In this document: piece by piece, positions 28,526 through 38,487 of the stretch | How the letters are laid out: every line of letters starts with the position of its first letter | Numbering within the stretch: position 1 is the first letter of the stretch | Assembly: GCA_965243355.1 (NCBI GenBank) | Contig: OZ251547.1 | Coordinates: 1,815,475 to 1,879,474 of the forward strand | Reading direction: 5' to 3' | DNA length: 64,000 nucleotides | From: Dehalococcoidia bacterium | Lineage (GTDB): Bacteria; Chloroflexota; Dehalococcoidia; Lucifugimonadales; JADFKI01 | Made by a program: the position numbers and the translations under genes | Notes under the pieces: generated by a model | Told to the model about the DNA's origin: nothing | Seen by the model: only the letters and a program-made list of their open reading frames with translations | The model's database searches: none

Positions 28526-31054
28526 ATGTTGGGAATATCGCGTGGAGTCGGGGCTTGGCTGGGCGTTGTTGCGCTGGTGGCGTGCGCACTGTTGTGGCAG
28601 GGATACGGGGATAGCGTAGCGGTGGCCGCGCGTGATGAAGTTGCGACCGGCGATGCGGTTGCGCCGACGCTGAAAGTTGCCTCGGATTCCCAAGAATTGC
28701 TGACGGAGACTTCGGTATCCGCTGAGGAGAATTCGTCTAAATTGGACGAAGTAGCCATAGATAAGATGCTTGCGAACACATCTTACATGCCGGATCAAGG
28801 GTTCGTGTCTTTGGACGAGCGCATACTGCGCTCTACCATTATCGCTAGAGCCACGATGCGTTCAGTGGAGGCTTACGCCCGCGAAGGAAACTGCACGGAT
28901 GAGGAATGCTTTTTCCCTATGGTTCGATTTACCTTTGATGTGCATGAATACCTAAAAGGCAACGGCGGCAATGCCATAACCGCTAGCATATCGGTCGAAT
29001 GCACACATTGGAACTGGTGGGAATGCGGCCCTCCTGAGCAAGAGGCTATTGACGATGCCAACGAATGGATTTCCGGAGAAACCAATCGCTGGTGGGAAAA
29101 TAGGGAATCCATTATCTTCCTAAAAGAAGATGAACTTAACAACTCTGAGGCGTCAGGGCAATCCGCTTTGCCAAGTTATAAGTTCCTCCCATGGATTGGC
29201 GATTACGCCACTACTGACCTATATCCTTATTCTGATACGGACGAGTTTTCCGTACTCAGCGATCGGAATAGAGTTTGGCTGCCCGCGTCCACCGCGTCGT
29301 TTGGCGCGCCTTGGGCAAGCGAATCGCGGTTTATGCTGGGCGAGATGCCGAAAGATTGGGACCTGCTGCAGCAAGGGACGACGGGATCGTTTTCGTTTGA
29401 CACTGACATATCGCTGTCAGATTTGAAATCCCGCATCAATGCGGTGGCGGCTCTGGTGAAACAAGGCGAGGGGGTAGCGAAATACGAGGAGTGTTTGCGC
29501 TTTAAGCTTTGGCTAAGCCGAATTCCCTGGACCCCTTATTCGCTGGAATTCCCCTTTCAGTCAGGTCTAGGAGCGGGGTCTATAGTCGTCTCAACTTATA
29601 CGAGCGGCGAAGAATATCGCATCTACTTCTTCACGGGAAATGACAAGAACTTCTTCGAAATTGTCTTAAAAGATACTGACAGCGACCCGTACAACACCTA
29701 TTACCGCATAGTGAAAACTGCGCGCCCATTGGTCGCGGGGGATTACTCCGTCAGGTATCATCAAAAGTCGGGGATTCTCAGGCATTGCGTTGAGTCTCCG
29801 CTAGAAGAATACAAAGACGATCCCACGGCAAATTGGACAATCCGCGCAACGGCGCCGGCGGGGACTTTGCATGAGGCGTTCTTCGATCCGGTTGCGATTG
29901 GCTCGGCGGTGGGCGCGGATGGCGATAATGGCGCGCTGACGCCCGCGGCGTTCCCTGGGGCAAGCGGCGCTGACGCCGAAATTCGCCGCGTGGACTGGGA
30001 ATCCGACGTCGTCAAGATTGAGATAGCCAATCCGCCCGCGTCTCTCGCCAACCATCATATAGACTTTATCGCGCTGGATGGGGCTATTGCGCTGCGGTTG
30101 GATTTTGACGACGCGGCGGTTTCTGATGCCGAAGTTGTTCGGACTTTCAGTTGGGTTAGGTGCGGGCGGCCTTGGCATGCAGGGGATATGTTGATGCTGC
30201 GGATAAGCGAAAGTCCGGAGGATCTTGTGGGGGCGACGAGCCAGGCGTCATGCTCTGATGCGACGCCTACGCCTATGCCGTCCGCTACGCCAATACCCGC
30301 ACATACCGCGCAATGCTCAAACGGGGTCGCCGTGCCTAACCCCGCGAGCAACCCCGGCCTTGTTGCGGACTGCGCCACGCTGCTCGCCGCAAAGGATACG
30401 CTTGAAGGCGATCGCGGCAATCTGAACTGGTCAGCGGATGTTGGCATTAGCGATTGGGAGGGCGTAGGCATAGACGACGATGGCGTGGCGACATTGGAGT
30501 TGAGCGAATATCGCTTGAATGGCGCAATACCGCCGGAGTTGGGCAGTCTTGCCAATCTCTGGATTTTGGATCTCAACAGCAATCAACTGACGGGCGAAAT
30601 ACCGCTGGAGCTAAGCAATCTTGCCAATCTCAGCATTGCGAGGCTTGGCGACAATCAGTTGGCGGGCGCGATACCAACGGGGTTGGGCAGTCTTGTCAAT
30701 ATCTGGTCGCTGGATCTCGGCGGCAATCAATTGACGGGCGGGATACCCTCAGAGTTGGGCAACCTGTTTAATCTCGAGGATTTGGATCTCTCCGGCAATC
30801 AACTGACGGGCGAGATACCCTCAGAATTGGGCAGCCTGTTTAAGCTTGAGGATTTGGGTCTCTCCGGCAATCAACTGACGGGTGAGATACCGCCGGAGTT
30901 GGGCAACATTCCCTATCTTTTGGAATTGACTCTCATCAACAATCAGTTTACGGGATGTATTCCTGACTCCCTGTTCTCGGCTTTGAACCACAAAGGCGAG
31001 GTAAATCTTGTTGAGTCAACGAGCATATGGGGGATGCCGTTCTGCGATGATTAG
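28526..31054 (+). CDS. Secreted/anchored large protein with C-terminal plant-type leucine-rich repeats
   Basis: Signal-anchor MLGISRGVGAWLGVVALVACALL. A Pro/Thr linker, an LRRNT-like cap (LLAAKDTLEGDRGNLNWSADVGISDWEGVGID), then about 8 x 24-residue LxxLxLxxNqLTGeIPxeLGxL repeats. Confidence 0.85.
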   Translation: MLGISRGVGAWLGVVALVACALLWQGYGDSVAVAARDEVATGDAVAPTLKVASDSQELLTETSVSAEENSSKLDEVAIDKMLANTSYMPDQGFVSLDERILRSTIIARATMRSVEAYAREGNCTDEECFFPMVRFTFDVHEYLKGNGGNAITASISVECTHWNWWECGPPEQEAIDDANEWISGETNRWWENRESIIFLKEDELNNSEASGQSALPSYKFLPWIGDYATTDLYPYSDTDEFSVLSDRNRVWLPASTASFGAPWASESRFMLGEMPKDWDLLQQGTTGSFSFDTDISLSDLKSRINAVAALVKQGEGVAKYEECLRFKLWLSRIPWTPYSLEFPFQSGLGAGSIVVSTYTSGEEYRIYFFTGNDKNFFEIVLKDTDSDPYNTYYRIVKTARPLVAGDYSVRYHQKSGILRHCVESPLEEYKDDPTANWTIRATAPAGTLHEAFFDPVAIGSAVGADGDNGALTPAAFPGASGADAEIRRVDWESDVVKIEIANPPASLANHHIDFIALDGAIALRLDFDDAAVSDAEVVRTFSWVRCGRPWHAGDMLMLRISESPEDLVGATSQASCSDATPTPMPSATPIPAHTAQCSNGVAVPNPASNPGLVADCATLLAAKDTLEGDRGNLNWSADVGISDWEGVGIDDDGVATLELSEYRLNGAIPPELGSLANLWILDLNSNQLTGEIPLELSNLANLSIARLGDNQLAGAIPTGLGSLVNIWSLDLGGNQLTGGIPSELGNLFNLEDLDLSGNQLTGEIPSELGSLFKLEDLGLSGNQLTGEIPPELGNIPYLLELTLINNQFTGCIPDSLFSALNHKGEVNLVESTSIWGMPFCDD
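30491..30975 (+). repeat. 72-nt periodic coding repeats (LRR units)
   Basis: Near-identical DNA units, e.g. ggcaatcaactgacgggcgagataccctcagaattgggc..., recur every 72 nt. Confidence 0.85.
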
Positions 31055-31224
31055 ACCGCAACGCCTACCCCAAGCCCGTCTATGACGCCGACGCCTGAGG
31101 GCGGCGCGGCAGGTCAGTAGGCGAGGGTTGCCTGCCGTAGCCAAACTTGCCAATGGGCGGGGGAAGGGTTCATACTAGGGCTGATTTTGGCATTGCGGCG
31201 CGGATAAAGGCGCATGGGGGGATT

Positions 31225-32526
31225 ATGCACGGACACGGTCAGGGACACCAGCACGAACACGGACACGAGCAGGGGGATGGGCATCCGGCGGGTCATCATC
31301 GGCGGGATATTCGGCGGCGGGGCGGGTTTATTATATCGGGGCTGACGGGCGGGCATGGGGTGTTTCACTGGTTCACGCAGAGTTTTATCGCTATGCTGCC
31401 GGAGGTGCAGGCGGCGTTTGGGCTGGGCGGCGTGGGCGTGGGCGGCATTACGGCTACGCGGGAGCTGGTGTCAGGGCTGGTGACGCTGCCGGGCGGCATA
31501 ATCGCCGATGCGCTGCGGCAGCATTGGGGGCTGGTGCTGGCGGTGTGCATGGCGCTGTTCGGCGTCGGGTGGCTGATAATCGGGTTTTCGCAGCCGTATT
31601 ACTGGCTGCTGCTGTTCGGGATGGGCGTTGTGGCGCTGGCGGCGTCCATATGGCATTTGCCGGCTATGGCGTCGCTGTCGCATCATTTCGCGCATCACAG
31701 GGGGACGGCGCTGTCGTTTCACGGGGTAGGCGGGCAGGTAGGTGATGCGCTCGCGCCGCCGGTTACGGGCGTGCTGCTGGGCTTTTTGGCGTGGCGCGAG
31801 ATTATCAGCATCTATGCCGCGCTGCCGCTGTTTCTGGCGTTTATGGTGTTCTGGGCGTTCAGGAATATCGGCAGAGGGGATGATGGGGAAGATGCGCCGC
31901 CGCCCAATCGCGCCGAGCAGTTCGCCAATACGCGGCGCATACTCCGCAGGCCCGTGCTGTGGGTTGTGGCGCTGGTGGGCGGGATTAGGGGGATGGCATT
32001 TATCGCGCTGATCACCTTTTTGCCGATATTCCTGCACGATTTGGGGATGACGCCGCTAGTGCGAAATTTGCATTTGGGGCTGCTGATGCTGGTGGGGATA
32101 GTGTCCACGCCGGTTGTGGGCTGGCTGTCGGATCGCTTTGGCAGGAAGGTTGTGCTGATACCCGGCCTGGTTCTGCTGGGCGGGCTGGCGCTGCTGCTGG
32201 GCGGCGCGGGGGTTGGCGTAGGGCTGGCGGTGATTATCGCGCTGATGGGGGTGTTTCTGTTCGGGGATCAGCCGATATTGACGGCGCTGGCGCTGGATGT
32301 TACGGGGGATGACGTTCCGACGACGGTGCTGGGGATATTGTCGCTGGAGCGGTTTTTGCTGAGCGCGGCGTCGCCGCTGATAGCGGGCAGGATATACGAT
32401 GTGGGAGGGCCTCAGCCCACTTTTGTGTATGTGGCGTGTCTGTTTGGGTTGGCGGCGGTGATACTGCTGGTGGTGCCTGTGCGGGGGGCGATGGATGGGG
32501 CGGATGTTGGCGGGCAGCGGCATTAG
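31225..32526 (+). CDS. MFS transporter with His-rich N-terminal tail
   Basis: MHGHGQGHQHEHGHEQGDGHPAGHH followed by about 12 hydrophobic segments. Start is uncertain (31147 or 31225). Confidence 0.75.
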   Translation: MHGHGQGHQHEHGHEQGDGHPAGHHRRDIRRRGGFIISGLTGGHGVFHWFTQSFIAMLPEVQAAFGLGGVGVGGITATRELVSGLVTLPGGIIADALRQHWGLVLAVCMALFGVGWLIIGFSQPYYWLLLFGMGVVALAASIWHLPAMASLSHHFAHHRGTALSFHGVGGQVGDALAPPVTGVLLGFLAWREIISIYAALPLFLAFMVFWAFRNIGRGDDGEDAPPPNRAEQFANTRRILRRPVLWVVALVGGIRGMAFIALITFLPIFLHDLGMTPLVRNLHLGLLMLVGIVSTPVVGWLSDRFGRKVVLIPGLVLLGGLALLLGGAGVGVGLAVIIALMGVFLFGDQPILTALALDVTGDDVPTTVLGILSLERFLLSAASPLIAGRIYDVGGPQPTFVYVACLFGLAAVILLVVPVRGAMDGADVGGQRH

Positions 32527-32624
32527 GGGGCGCAGATAGGGGCATTGCCAAGCCAGCCGCGCCGGGGCCGGATTAGGCGGCGGCGCGGATGGCTTGGCTG
32601 ATGTTCAAGTGGGATAGCGGCGGG

Positions 32625-33722
32625 CTAGATTTGGCCGGCTATGACGCTGCCCATTTGGGTTGTTTTGACGATTTCGCCGCCGTCTGCGGCAATGTCGGCG
32701 GTGCGGTAGCCCTCGGCGAGGACGGCCTCAACGGCGCGCTCGACGGCGTTTGCCTCGTCTTCTAGGCGCAGGGAGTAGCGCAGCATAGACGCCATGCTGA
32801 GGATAGCGCCGATGGGGTTGGCGATGCCTTGGCCGGCGATGTCGGGGGCGCTGCCGTGTATGGGTTCGTAGAGGCTGAGGGGGAGTCGGGATCGGCTGCT
32901 GGCGCCGGGGAGGCCGGCTAGGCTGGCGGAGGGTAGCATGCCCATAGAGCCGGCGAGGACTGACGCCTCGTCGGTTAGGATGTCGCCGAATGTGTTTTCG
33001 GCGACGATGACGTCGAAGTGGGCGGGGTTGCTGATGAGCTGCATAGAGGCGGCGTCCACGAGGACGTGTTCCAGTTCTACGTCGGGGTATTGTTCGCCGA
33101 GTTCGGTGGCGATTTCGCGCCATAGGCGGCCGGTTTCCAGGACGTTGGCTTTGTCCACTGAGGTGAGGCGCTTGCGGCGGGCTTGGGCTAGTTCGAAACC
33201 CACGCGGAGTATGCGCTCGATTTCGCGCTCGGCGTATTTGAGGGTGTCCACGCCGCGGCGGCCGCGGGATGTGTCCCAGCGTTTTTTGGGCTTGCCGAAG
33301 TACAAGCCGCCGGTGAGTTCGCGGACGATTATCATATCCACGCCTTGCAGCAGGTGGGGCTTGATGGGGCTGGAGTTTATGAGTTGGGGATAGACTTTGA
33401 CGGGGCGGATGTTGGCGTATAGGCCTAGGCTTTTGCGGATGGCTAGGATGCCGTCTTCGGGGCGGGTTTTGGCGCGCGGGTCGTCCCATTGGGGGCCGCC
33501 GACGGCGCCGAATAGGATGGCGTCGGTTTGGGCGCACATCTCTTGGGTTTCGGCGGGCAATGGGGTTCCGAAGTCGTCTATGGCGTTGCCGCCCACTCTG
33601 CCGTATGAGATGTCAAAGTCGTGGTCAAAGCGGGTTTCTACCGCCTGCATAACTTTGACCGCCTCGGATATAACTTCGGGGCCTATGCCGTCGCCGGGCA
33701 AGACCGCAATGGAAAAGTTCAT
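32625..33722 (-). CDS. leuB: 3-isopropylmalate dehydrogenase
   Basis: AVLPGDGIGPEV, LYANIRP and GSAPDIAGQGIANP motifs, 365 aa. Confidence 0.9.
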   Translation of the reverse strand: MNFSIAVLPGDGIGPEVISEAVKVMQAVETRFDHDFDISYGRVGGNAIDDFGTPLPAETQEMCAQTDAILFGAVGGPQWDDPRAKTRPEDGILAIRKSLGLYANIRPVKVYPQLINSSPIKPHLLQGVDMIIVRELTGGLYFGKPKKRWDTSRGRRGVDTLKYAEREIERILRVGFELAQARRKRLTSVDKANVLETGRLWREIATELGEQYPDVELEHVLVDAASMQLISNPAHFDVIVAENTFGDILTDEASVLAGSMGMLPSASLAGLPGASSRSRLPLSLYEPIHGSAPDIAGQGIANPIGAILSMASMLRYSLRLEDEANAVERAVEAVLAEGYRTADIAADGGEIVKTTQMGSVIAGQI

Positions 33723-33854
33723 TAGTCGCTCCCAGAATGGTATGGTATGGTGTGCGCTGAAGGGCGCAGGGGGTATTATAGTCTATATGCGGGCCGGGTG
33801 TCAGGTTTGGTGGGCTGGTGCGTTGGCGAAACCGGCGGGTTGGAAAGCGGGGGC

Positions 33855-33897
33855 GCTACTTTTTTGGAAAAAAGTAGCCAAAAAACTTTTGAGTGGG
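33855..33897 (+). repeat. AT-rich dyad element, copy 6
   Basis: gctacttttttggaaaaaagtagccaaaaaacttttgagtggg (identical to copy 5). Lies in the divergent spacer 33722(-)/34013(+). Confidence 0.9.
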
Positions 33898-34012
33898 TGG
33901 GGGCAAGGTGGGATTGTTGGATGGTTACTCGTAGGGAAATCAGAGTGCGGTTGCCTTGTATGCGGCGTAAGCAGGGTAGCCGTGAATAAGCGGCAAGATA
34001 AGAGAGGGCAGA

Positions 34013-35155
34013 ATGGCAAGCGCGGATAGTCGGTATGACGCGATAGTGATAGGGCTGGGGGGAATGGGTAGCGCGACGCTGCGGGAGTTGGCGCGGCGGG
34101 GCAAGCGGGCGCTGGGGATAGAGCAGTTTGGGGTGGCGCACGATTTGGGTTCGTCGCACGGGGTAACGCGGATTATACGGCTGGCGTATTACGAAGATCC
34201 GGCGTATGTGCCGCTGCTGCGACGGGCTTATGAGTTGTGGCGGGAGCTGGAGCGAGAGCGCGGGGAACAAGTGCTGCATATCACCGGCTCGCTGGATATG
34301 GGGCCGCCGGGCAGTTTGACTTTTGAGGGATCGCTGCGGTCGTGCGAGCAGCATGAGCTGCCGCATGAGGCGCTGACTAGCGCGGAGGTTAGCAGGCGGT
34401 TTCCGGGCTACCGGCTGCCGTCTGAGACGATGGCGGTGTATCAGCCGGAGGGCGGGTTTTTGTTGCCGGAGCGCTGCATCACGCTGTTCATTGAGGAGGC
34501 GCAGCGGCTGGGGGCTAGGGCGCGGATAGGGGAGCGGGTGTTGGAGTGGCAGCCGACGGCGGACGGGGTTCGGGTTCGGACGGGGCGAGGGGAGTATGAG
34601 GCGGATAGGCTGGTTATCACGGCGGGCGCGTGGGCGTCTTCGCTGCTGCCGCAATTGCGGGATAATGCTGTGCCCGAAAGGCAAGTTCTGGCGTGGCTGG
34701 AGCCGCGGCGGGGGGAGCTGTTCACGCCTGAGCGGTTTCCGGTGTTCAACCTGATAGTGGATGAGGGCAAGTACTACGGCTTTCCGGTGTACGGGATACC
34801 GGGTTTCAAGTTCGGGCGGTTTCATCACTTGGAGGAGGATGTGGATCCGGATGAGATTGACCGCAGCCCGAATGAGCGGGATGAGGCGATGCTGCGGCAG
34901 TTCGCTGAGAAGTATTTCCCGGACGGCGCGGGGGCTACGTCGTCTATGAAGGCGTGCATGTTCACGAACAGCCCGGATGAGCATTTCATCATAGACAGTC
35001 TGGCGGACGCGCCGCAGGTTGTGGTGGGAGCCGGGTTCTCGGGGCATGGGTTCAAGTTCAGCAGCGTGGTGGGGGAGATCCTGGCGGACTTGGCGCTGGA
35101 GGGGGGAACGCGGCATGATATAGGGATGTTTGGGATGGGGAGGTTTTCGGCGTAG
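34013..35155 (+). CDS. FAD-dependent N-methyl-L-amino-acid (sarcosine / N-methyltryptophan) oxidase-like
   Basis: YDAIVIGLGGMGSAT dinucleotide fold and FSGHGFKF motif, 380 aa. Confidence 0.75.
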   Translation: MASADSRYDAIVIGLGGMGSATLRELARRGKRALGIEQFGVAHDLGSSHGVTRIIRLAYYEDPAYVPLLRRAYELWRELERERGEQVLHITGSLDMGPPGSLTFEGSLRSCEQHELPHEALTSAEVSRRFPGYRLPSETMAVYQPEGGFLLPERCITLFIEEAQRLGARARIGERVLEWQPTADGVRVRTGRGEYEADRLVITAGAWASSLLPQLRDNAVPERQVLAWLEPRRGELFTPERFPVFNLIVDEGKYYGFPVYGIPGFKFGRFHHLEEDVDPDEIDRSPNERDEAMLRQFAEKYFPDGAGATSSMKACMFTNSPDEHFIIDSLADAPQVVVGAGFSGHGFKFSSVVGEILADLALEGGTRHDIGMFGMGRFSA

Positions 35156-35318
35156 GATTGCGCTTGCGGGGGCAAGCAAGCATCCGACGAAAGCGCGGGC
35201 GTGTTGGCGTTGCCGGGATCTGAGAGCATCTGCCGTCTTGCGAAAGATTTATTGCGGGACGCTTAGCGGCGTTCTAAAATAGGCGCAGGCAGATTGGTTA
35301 AGGGGAGGGAATAGCCTG

Positions 35319-35540
35319 ATGTACAGATTTCTTGTTATCACAGAGAAAGCCGAGGGGAACTACTCGGCGTATGCGCCGGATTTGCCGGGGTGTGTTGCGG
35401 CGGGGGATACGCGGGAAGATACCAGGCGCATAATGCGCGACGCTATGCGTCTGCATTTGCAGGGGATGATCGAGGACGGGGATCCCGTCCCCGAATCGGA
35501 TACGTCGGGTGAGTATGTGGTCGTTTCTCTGGACGACTAA
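35319..35540 (+). CDS. hicB: HicB-like antitoxin domain protein (UPF0150)
   Basis: YSAYAPDLPGCVAAGDTREDTRRIMRDAMRLHL is a typical HicB N-domain. No hicA-sized ORF is adjacent. Confidence 0.7.
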   Translation: MYRFLVITEKAEGNYSAYAPDLPGCVAAGDTREDTRRIMRDAMRLHLQGMIEDGDPVPESDTSGEYVVVSLDD

Positions 35541-35569
35541 TTCCCCCTAAATATCTACAAACCCCCGGA

Positions 35570-38044
35570 TTAGCGGGCGACGATGTTGACTAGCTTGCCG
35601 GGGACGTAGATTACGCGGGCGATGGTTTTGCCGTCGGTGTGGGGGGCTACGCGGGGGCTGTCTAGGGCGGCGGCGCGGGCGTTGTCTTCGGTTATGGTTG
35701 CGGGGACTTCTAGCTTGTCGCGGACGCGGCCGTTGACTTGGACTACCAGCGTTATGACTTCGTCGGCGGCGAGGTCGGCGTCCCATTTTGGCCAGGGGAT
35801 GGCGTGGACGTTGCCGTCAAAGGCGGCGCGCTCCCAGAGCTCAGCGGCTATGTGGGGGGCTAGGGGAGCTACCAGCGTGAGCAGGTTTTGGACGGCGGCG
35901 TTCCATTGGTCGGAGTGGATGCCTTTGTCTTCCCAGTGGTGGTTTAGGCCGTTGGTGTATTCCATTAGGGCGGCTAGGGCGGTGTTGAACTTGAACCGCT
36001 CTAGGTCTTCGCCAACGCGACGTATGGTTTTGTGGGCGAGGCGCTGGAGTTCGCGGGCGGCGTTGGGGTCGGCGGGGAAGTCGTCAAGGGCGCGGGCGTC
36101 GCGGGTGGCGACGTCCCAGACGCGGTTGAGCCAGCGCGCCATGCCGTTGATGCCGGCGTCGCTCCAGCTGCCGCCGTGATCCCAGGGGCCTAGGAACATC
36201 AGGAAGCAGCGCACTACGTCCGCGCCGAAAGCGTCGACGTATTCGTCGGGGGCTATGACGTTGCCGCGCGATTTGCTCATCTTTTCGTGGTCAGCGCCCA
36301 GTATGACGCCCTGGTTGAAGAGGCGCTCGAAGGGTTCGTCGAAGTCCAGCATGCCGAGATCGCGGAGCGCCTTGACGAAAAAGCGGGCGTAGAGCAGGTG
36401 CATAACGGCGTGTTCTCTGCCGCCGGTGTACTGGTCGACGGCGCCCCACTTGGCGAGGCGGTCGGCGTCAAACGCGCCGTGGGCGTAGTCGGCGCTGGTG
36501 AATCGCAGGAAATACCAGGACGAGTCGACGAATGTGTCCATCGTGTCCGGCTCGCGGTGTGCGGGCGCGGCGCAGTTGGGGCAGGGCGCGTTTAGAAAGC
36601 GCTCGTCGTGGCGCAATGGGGATTCGCCGGTGGGGCTGAACTGGGAGTCCTCAGGCAGCAGCACGGGCAGGTCGTCGTAGGGGACGGGGACTGTGCCGCA
36701 GTCGTCGCAGTAGATTATGGGGATGGGCGTTCCCCAGTAGCGCTGGCGGGATATGAGCCAGTCGCGCATGCGGTATTGGACGGTTCGCTTGCCCCAGCTG
36801 TTAGCCTCTATGTGGTCGGCTATGCGCCGCATGCCCTCGCCGCTGGGGATGCCGTTGAATTGGGCGGAGTTGACCTGCTCGCCCTCTTGGATGTACGCCT
36901 CTTGCAGGGGGGATCCATCCCAGCCGGGAGGGGCGACGACTACGCGGATGGGCAGGTCGTATTTTTGGGCGAATACGAAATCGCGCTCGTCGTGGGCTGG
37001 GACGCCCATAACGATGCCGGTGCCGTATGTGAGCAGGACGTAGTCGCCCACGAATATGGGAACGCGCTCGCCGTTGAGCTTGTTGACGCAGTAGGCGCCG
37101 GTGAAGACGCCGGTCTTTTCTTTTTCGGTGGAGAGGCGCTCTATTTCGGTTTGGGCGCGGGCTTGGGCGACGTAGGCGTCCACGGCGGGTTTGCGCTCAG
37201 GGGCGGTGAGCGCGTCCACAAGGGGGTGCTCAGGCGCCAATACCACGAATGTTACGCCGTAGATGGTGTCTATGCGGGTTGTGAATGTGGTGATTTCGCG
37301 CTCATCCAAGCCGTATTCGGATATGTCAAATGTGATGTCCACGCCCTCGCTGCGGCCAATCCAGTTGGTTTGCATAGTGTCTATGTCGGGGGGCCATTGT
37401 TTTTTGGAGTGGTCTAGCAGTTCGTCGGCGTACTGGGTGATGCGAAAGAACCACTGGTTGAGGTCTCGGCGGGCGACGGGCGCAGTGCAACGCTCGCAAG
37501 AGCCGTCGGCGAGGACTTGCTCGTTGGCGAGGGTGGTGTTGCAGGAGGGACACCAGTTGGCGGGGGCGAAGGCGCGGTATGCCAAGCCCGCCTCGTACAT
37601 TTTCAGGAAGAACCACTGGTTCCACTTGTAGTAGTCGGGCAGGCAGGTAACGATTTCCCTGTCCCAGTCGTAGATAGCACCCATGCTGCGGAGTTGGCGG
37701 CGCATATTGTCTATGTTCGCCATAGTCCACTTGTGGGGGTGAATGTTGTTGCGGATGGCGGCGTTTTCGGCGGGCAAGCCGAATGCGTCAAAGCCCATCG
37801 GGTGGAGGACGTTGTAGCCCTGCATGCGGCGAAAGCGCGCGTGGGCGTCGGAGGGGCTCATAGCGTACCAGTGGCCGATGTGGAGGTCGCCGGAGGGGTA
37901 GGGGTACATTGTGAGCTCATACCACTTGGGGCGCGGGTCGTCGTCCGCTACGCGGTGGATGCCGTCGTTTTCCCAGCGCGATTGCCATTTGGCGTCGATG
38001 GCGTTGTGGTCAAAGCGGCGCTCCGTGTTTCTTGCAACCGGCAT
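35570..38044 (-). CDS. leuS: Leucyl-tRNA synthetase
   Basis: HIGHWY and KMSKSRGN signature motifs, 824 aa. Confidence 0.95.
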   Translation of the reverse strand: MPVARNTERRFDHNAIDAKWQSRWENDGIHRVADDDPRPKWYELTMYPYPSGDLHIGHWYAMSPSDAHARFRRMQGYNVLHPMGFDAFGLPAENAAIRNNIHPHKWTMANIDNMRRQLRSMGAIYDWDREIVTCLPDYYKWNQWFFLKMYEAGLAYRAFAPANWCPSCNTTLANEQVLADGSCERCTAPVARRDLNQWFFRITQYADELLDHSKKQWPPDIDTMQTNWIGRSEGVDITFDISEYGLDEREITTFTTRIDTIYGVTFVVLAPEHPLVDALTAPERKPAVDAYVAQARAQTEIERLSTEKEKTGVFTGAYCVNKLNGERVPIFVGDYVLLTYGTGIVMGVPAHDERDFVFAQKYDLPIRVVVAPPGWDGSPLQEAYIQEGEQVNSAQFNGIPSGEGMRRIADHIEANSWGKRTVQYRMRDWLISRQRYWGTPIPIIYCDDCGTVPVPYDDLPVLLPEDSQFSPTGESPLRHDERFLNAPCPNCAAPAHREPDTMDTFVDSSWYFLRFTSADYAHGAFDADRLAKWGAVDQYTGGREHAVMHLLYARFFVKALRDLGMLDFDEPFERLFNQGVILGADHEKMSKSRGNVIAPDEYVDAFGADVVRCFLMFLGPWDHGGSWSDAGINGMARWLNRVWDVATRDARALDDFPADPNAARELQRLAHKTIRRVGEDLERFKFNTALAALMEYTNGLNHHWEDKGIHSDQWNAAVQNLLTLVAPLAPHIAAELWERAAFDGNVHAIPWPKWDADLAADEVITLVVQVNGRVRDKLEVPATITEDNARAAALDSPRVAPHTDGKTIARVIYVPGKLVNIVAR

Positions 38045-38135
38045 GCGATTTTCCTCCGTGTAGTTTGGCGTATGGTTTTGGCGTATGGCTTGGCGTTTTG
38101 GCTTGGCAAGCGGTTTGTGTGGTTTGTGGGCAATG

Positions 38136-38188
38136 CGAAAAGCCCGTCCCTCAGCGCGGCTTAGCGCGCGACATCAAGGGACGGGCTT
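38136..38188 (-). terminator. Intrinsic terminator of the leuS T-box leader
   Basis: Minus strand aagcccgtccct...agggacgggcttttcg: a 12 bp stem followed by a U-tract, directly downstream of the T-box sequence. Confidence 0.7.
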
Positions 38189-38487
38189 ATCTTTGTCAGA
38201 TATGGATACCCGCGGTACCACCCTAGTTCCCCGGCATCAAATCGTGGCAAGGCGATAAGGGCCGGGGCGCTCGGAAAGCGATAACGGCACTTGGGGCCGT
38301 CTCGCCCTAGCACAAGGGGCCGGCGGTCAGCGCAGGCGCGGAGGGCATGGCTGACGCGGCTGTGGTTCAGGCGAGCTGCTCAGGGACGAGTTCGCGGGAT
38401 TTCGCGCGCCGGGGTTTCCACTATTCCCGGCTCTCTATGGCGGATTTGCCCGCTACTACTTCCCGTCGGCGCATTCTCATATTCATT
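38136..38487 (-). promoter_or_regulatory. T-box riboswitch leader (candidate Leu CUC specifier)
   Basis: Minus strand contains AACUAGGGUGGUACCGCGGG (38211-38228 on plus coordinates), the conserved T-box motif. It also has AGAGAG and AGUGGAAACC stem-I-like motifs and GAACUCG as a specifier candidate. Upstream promoter candidate: TTGACG, 17 nt spacer, TAGCGT (38494-38522). Confidence 0.8.

Noticed and set aside
33776-35179. 467 aa minus-strand ORF
   Set aside because: Antisense to the FAD oxidase gene, Arg/Pro-rich, and it crosses repeat copy 6.
35156-35318. Possible hicA toxin gene upstream of hicB
   Set aside because: No open frame of plausible length with a start and RBS in the 160 bp. Cannot be excluded entirely without a sensitive search.
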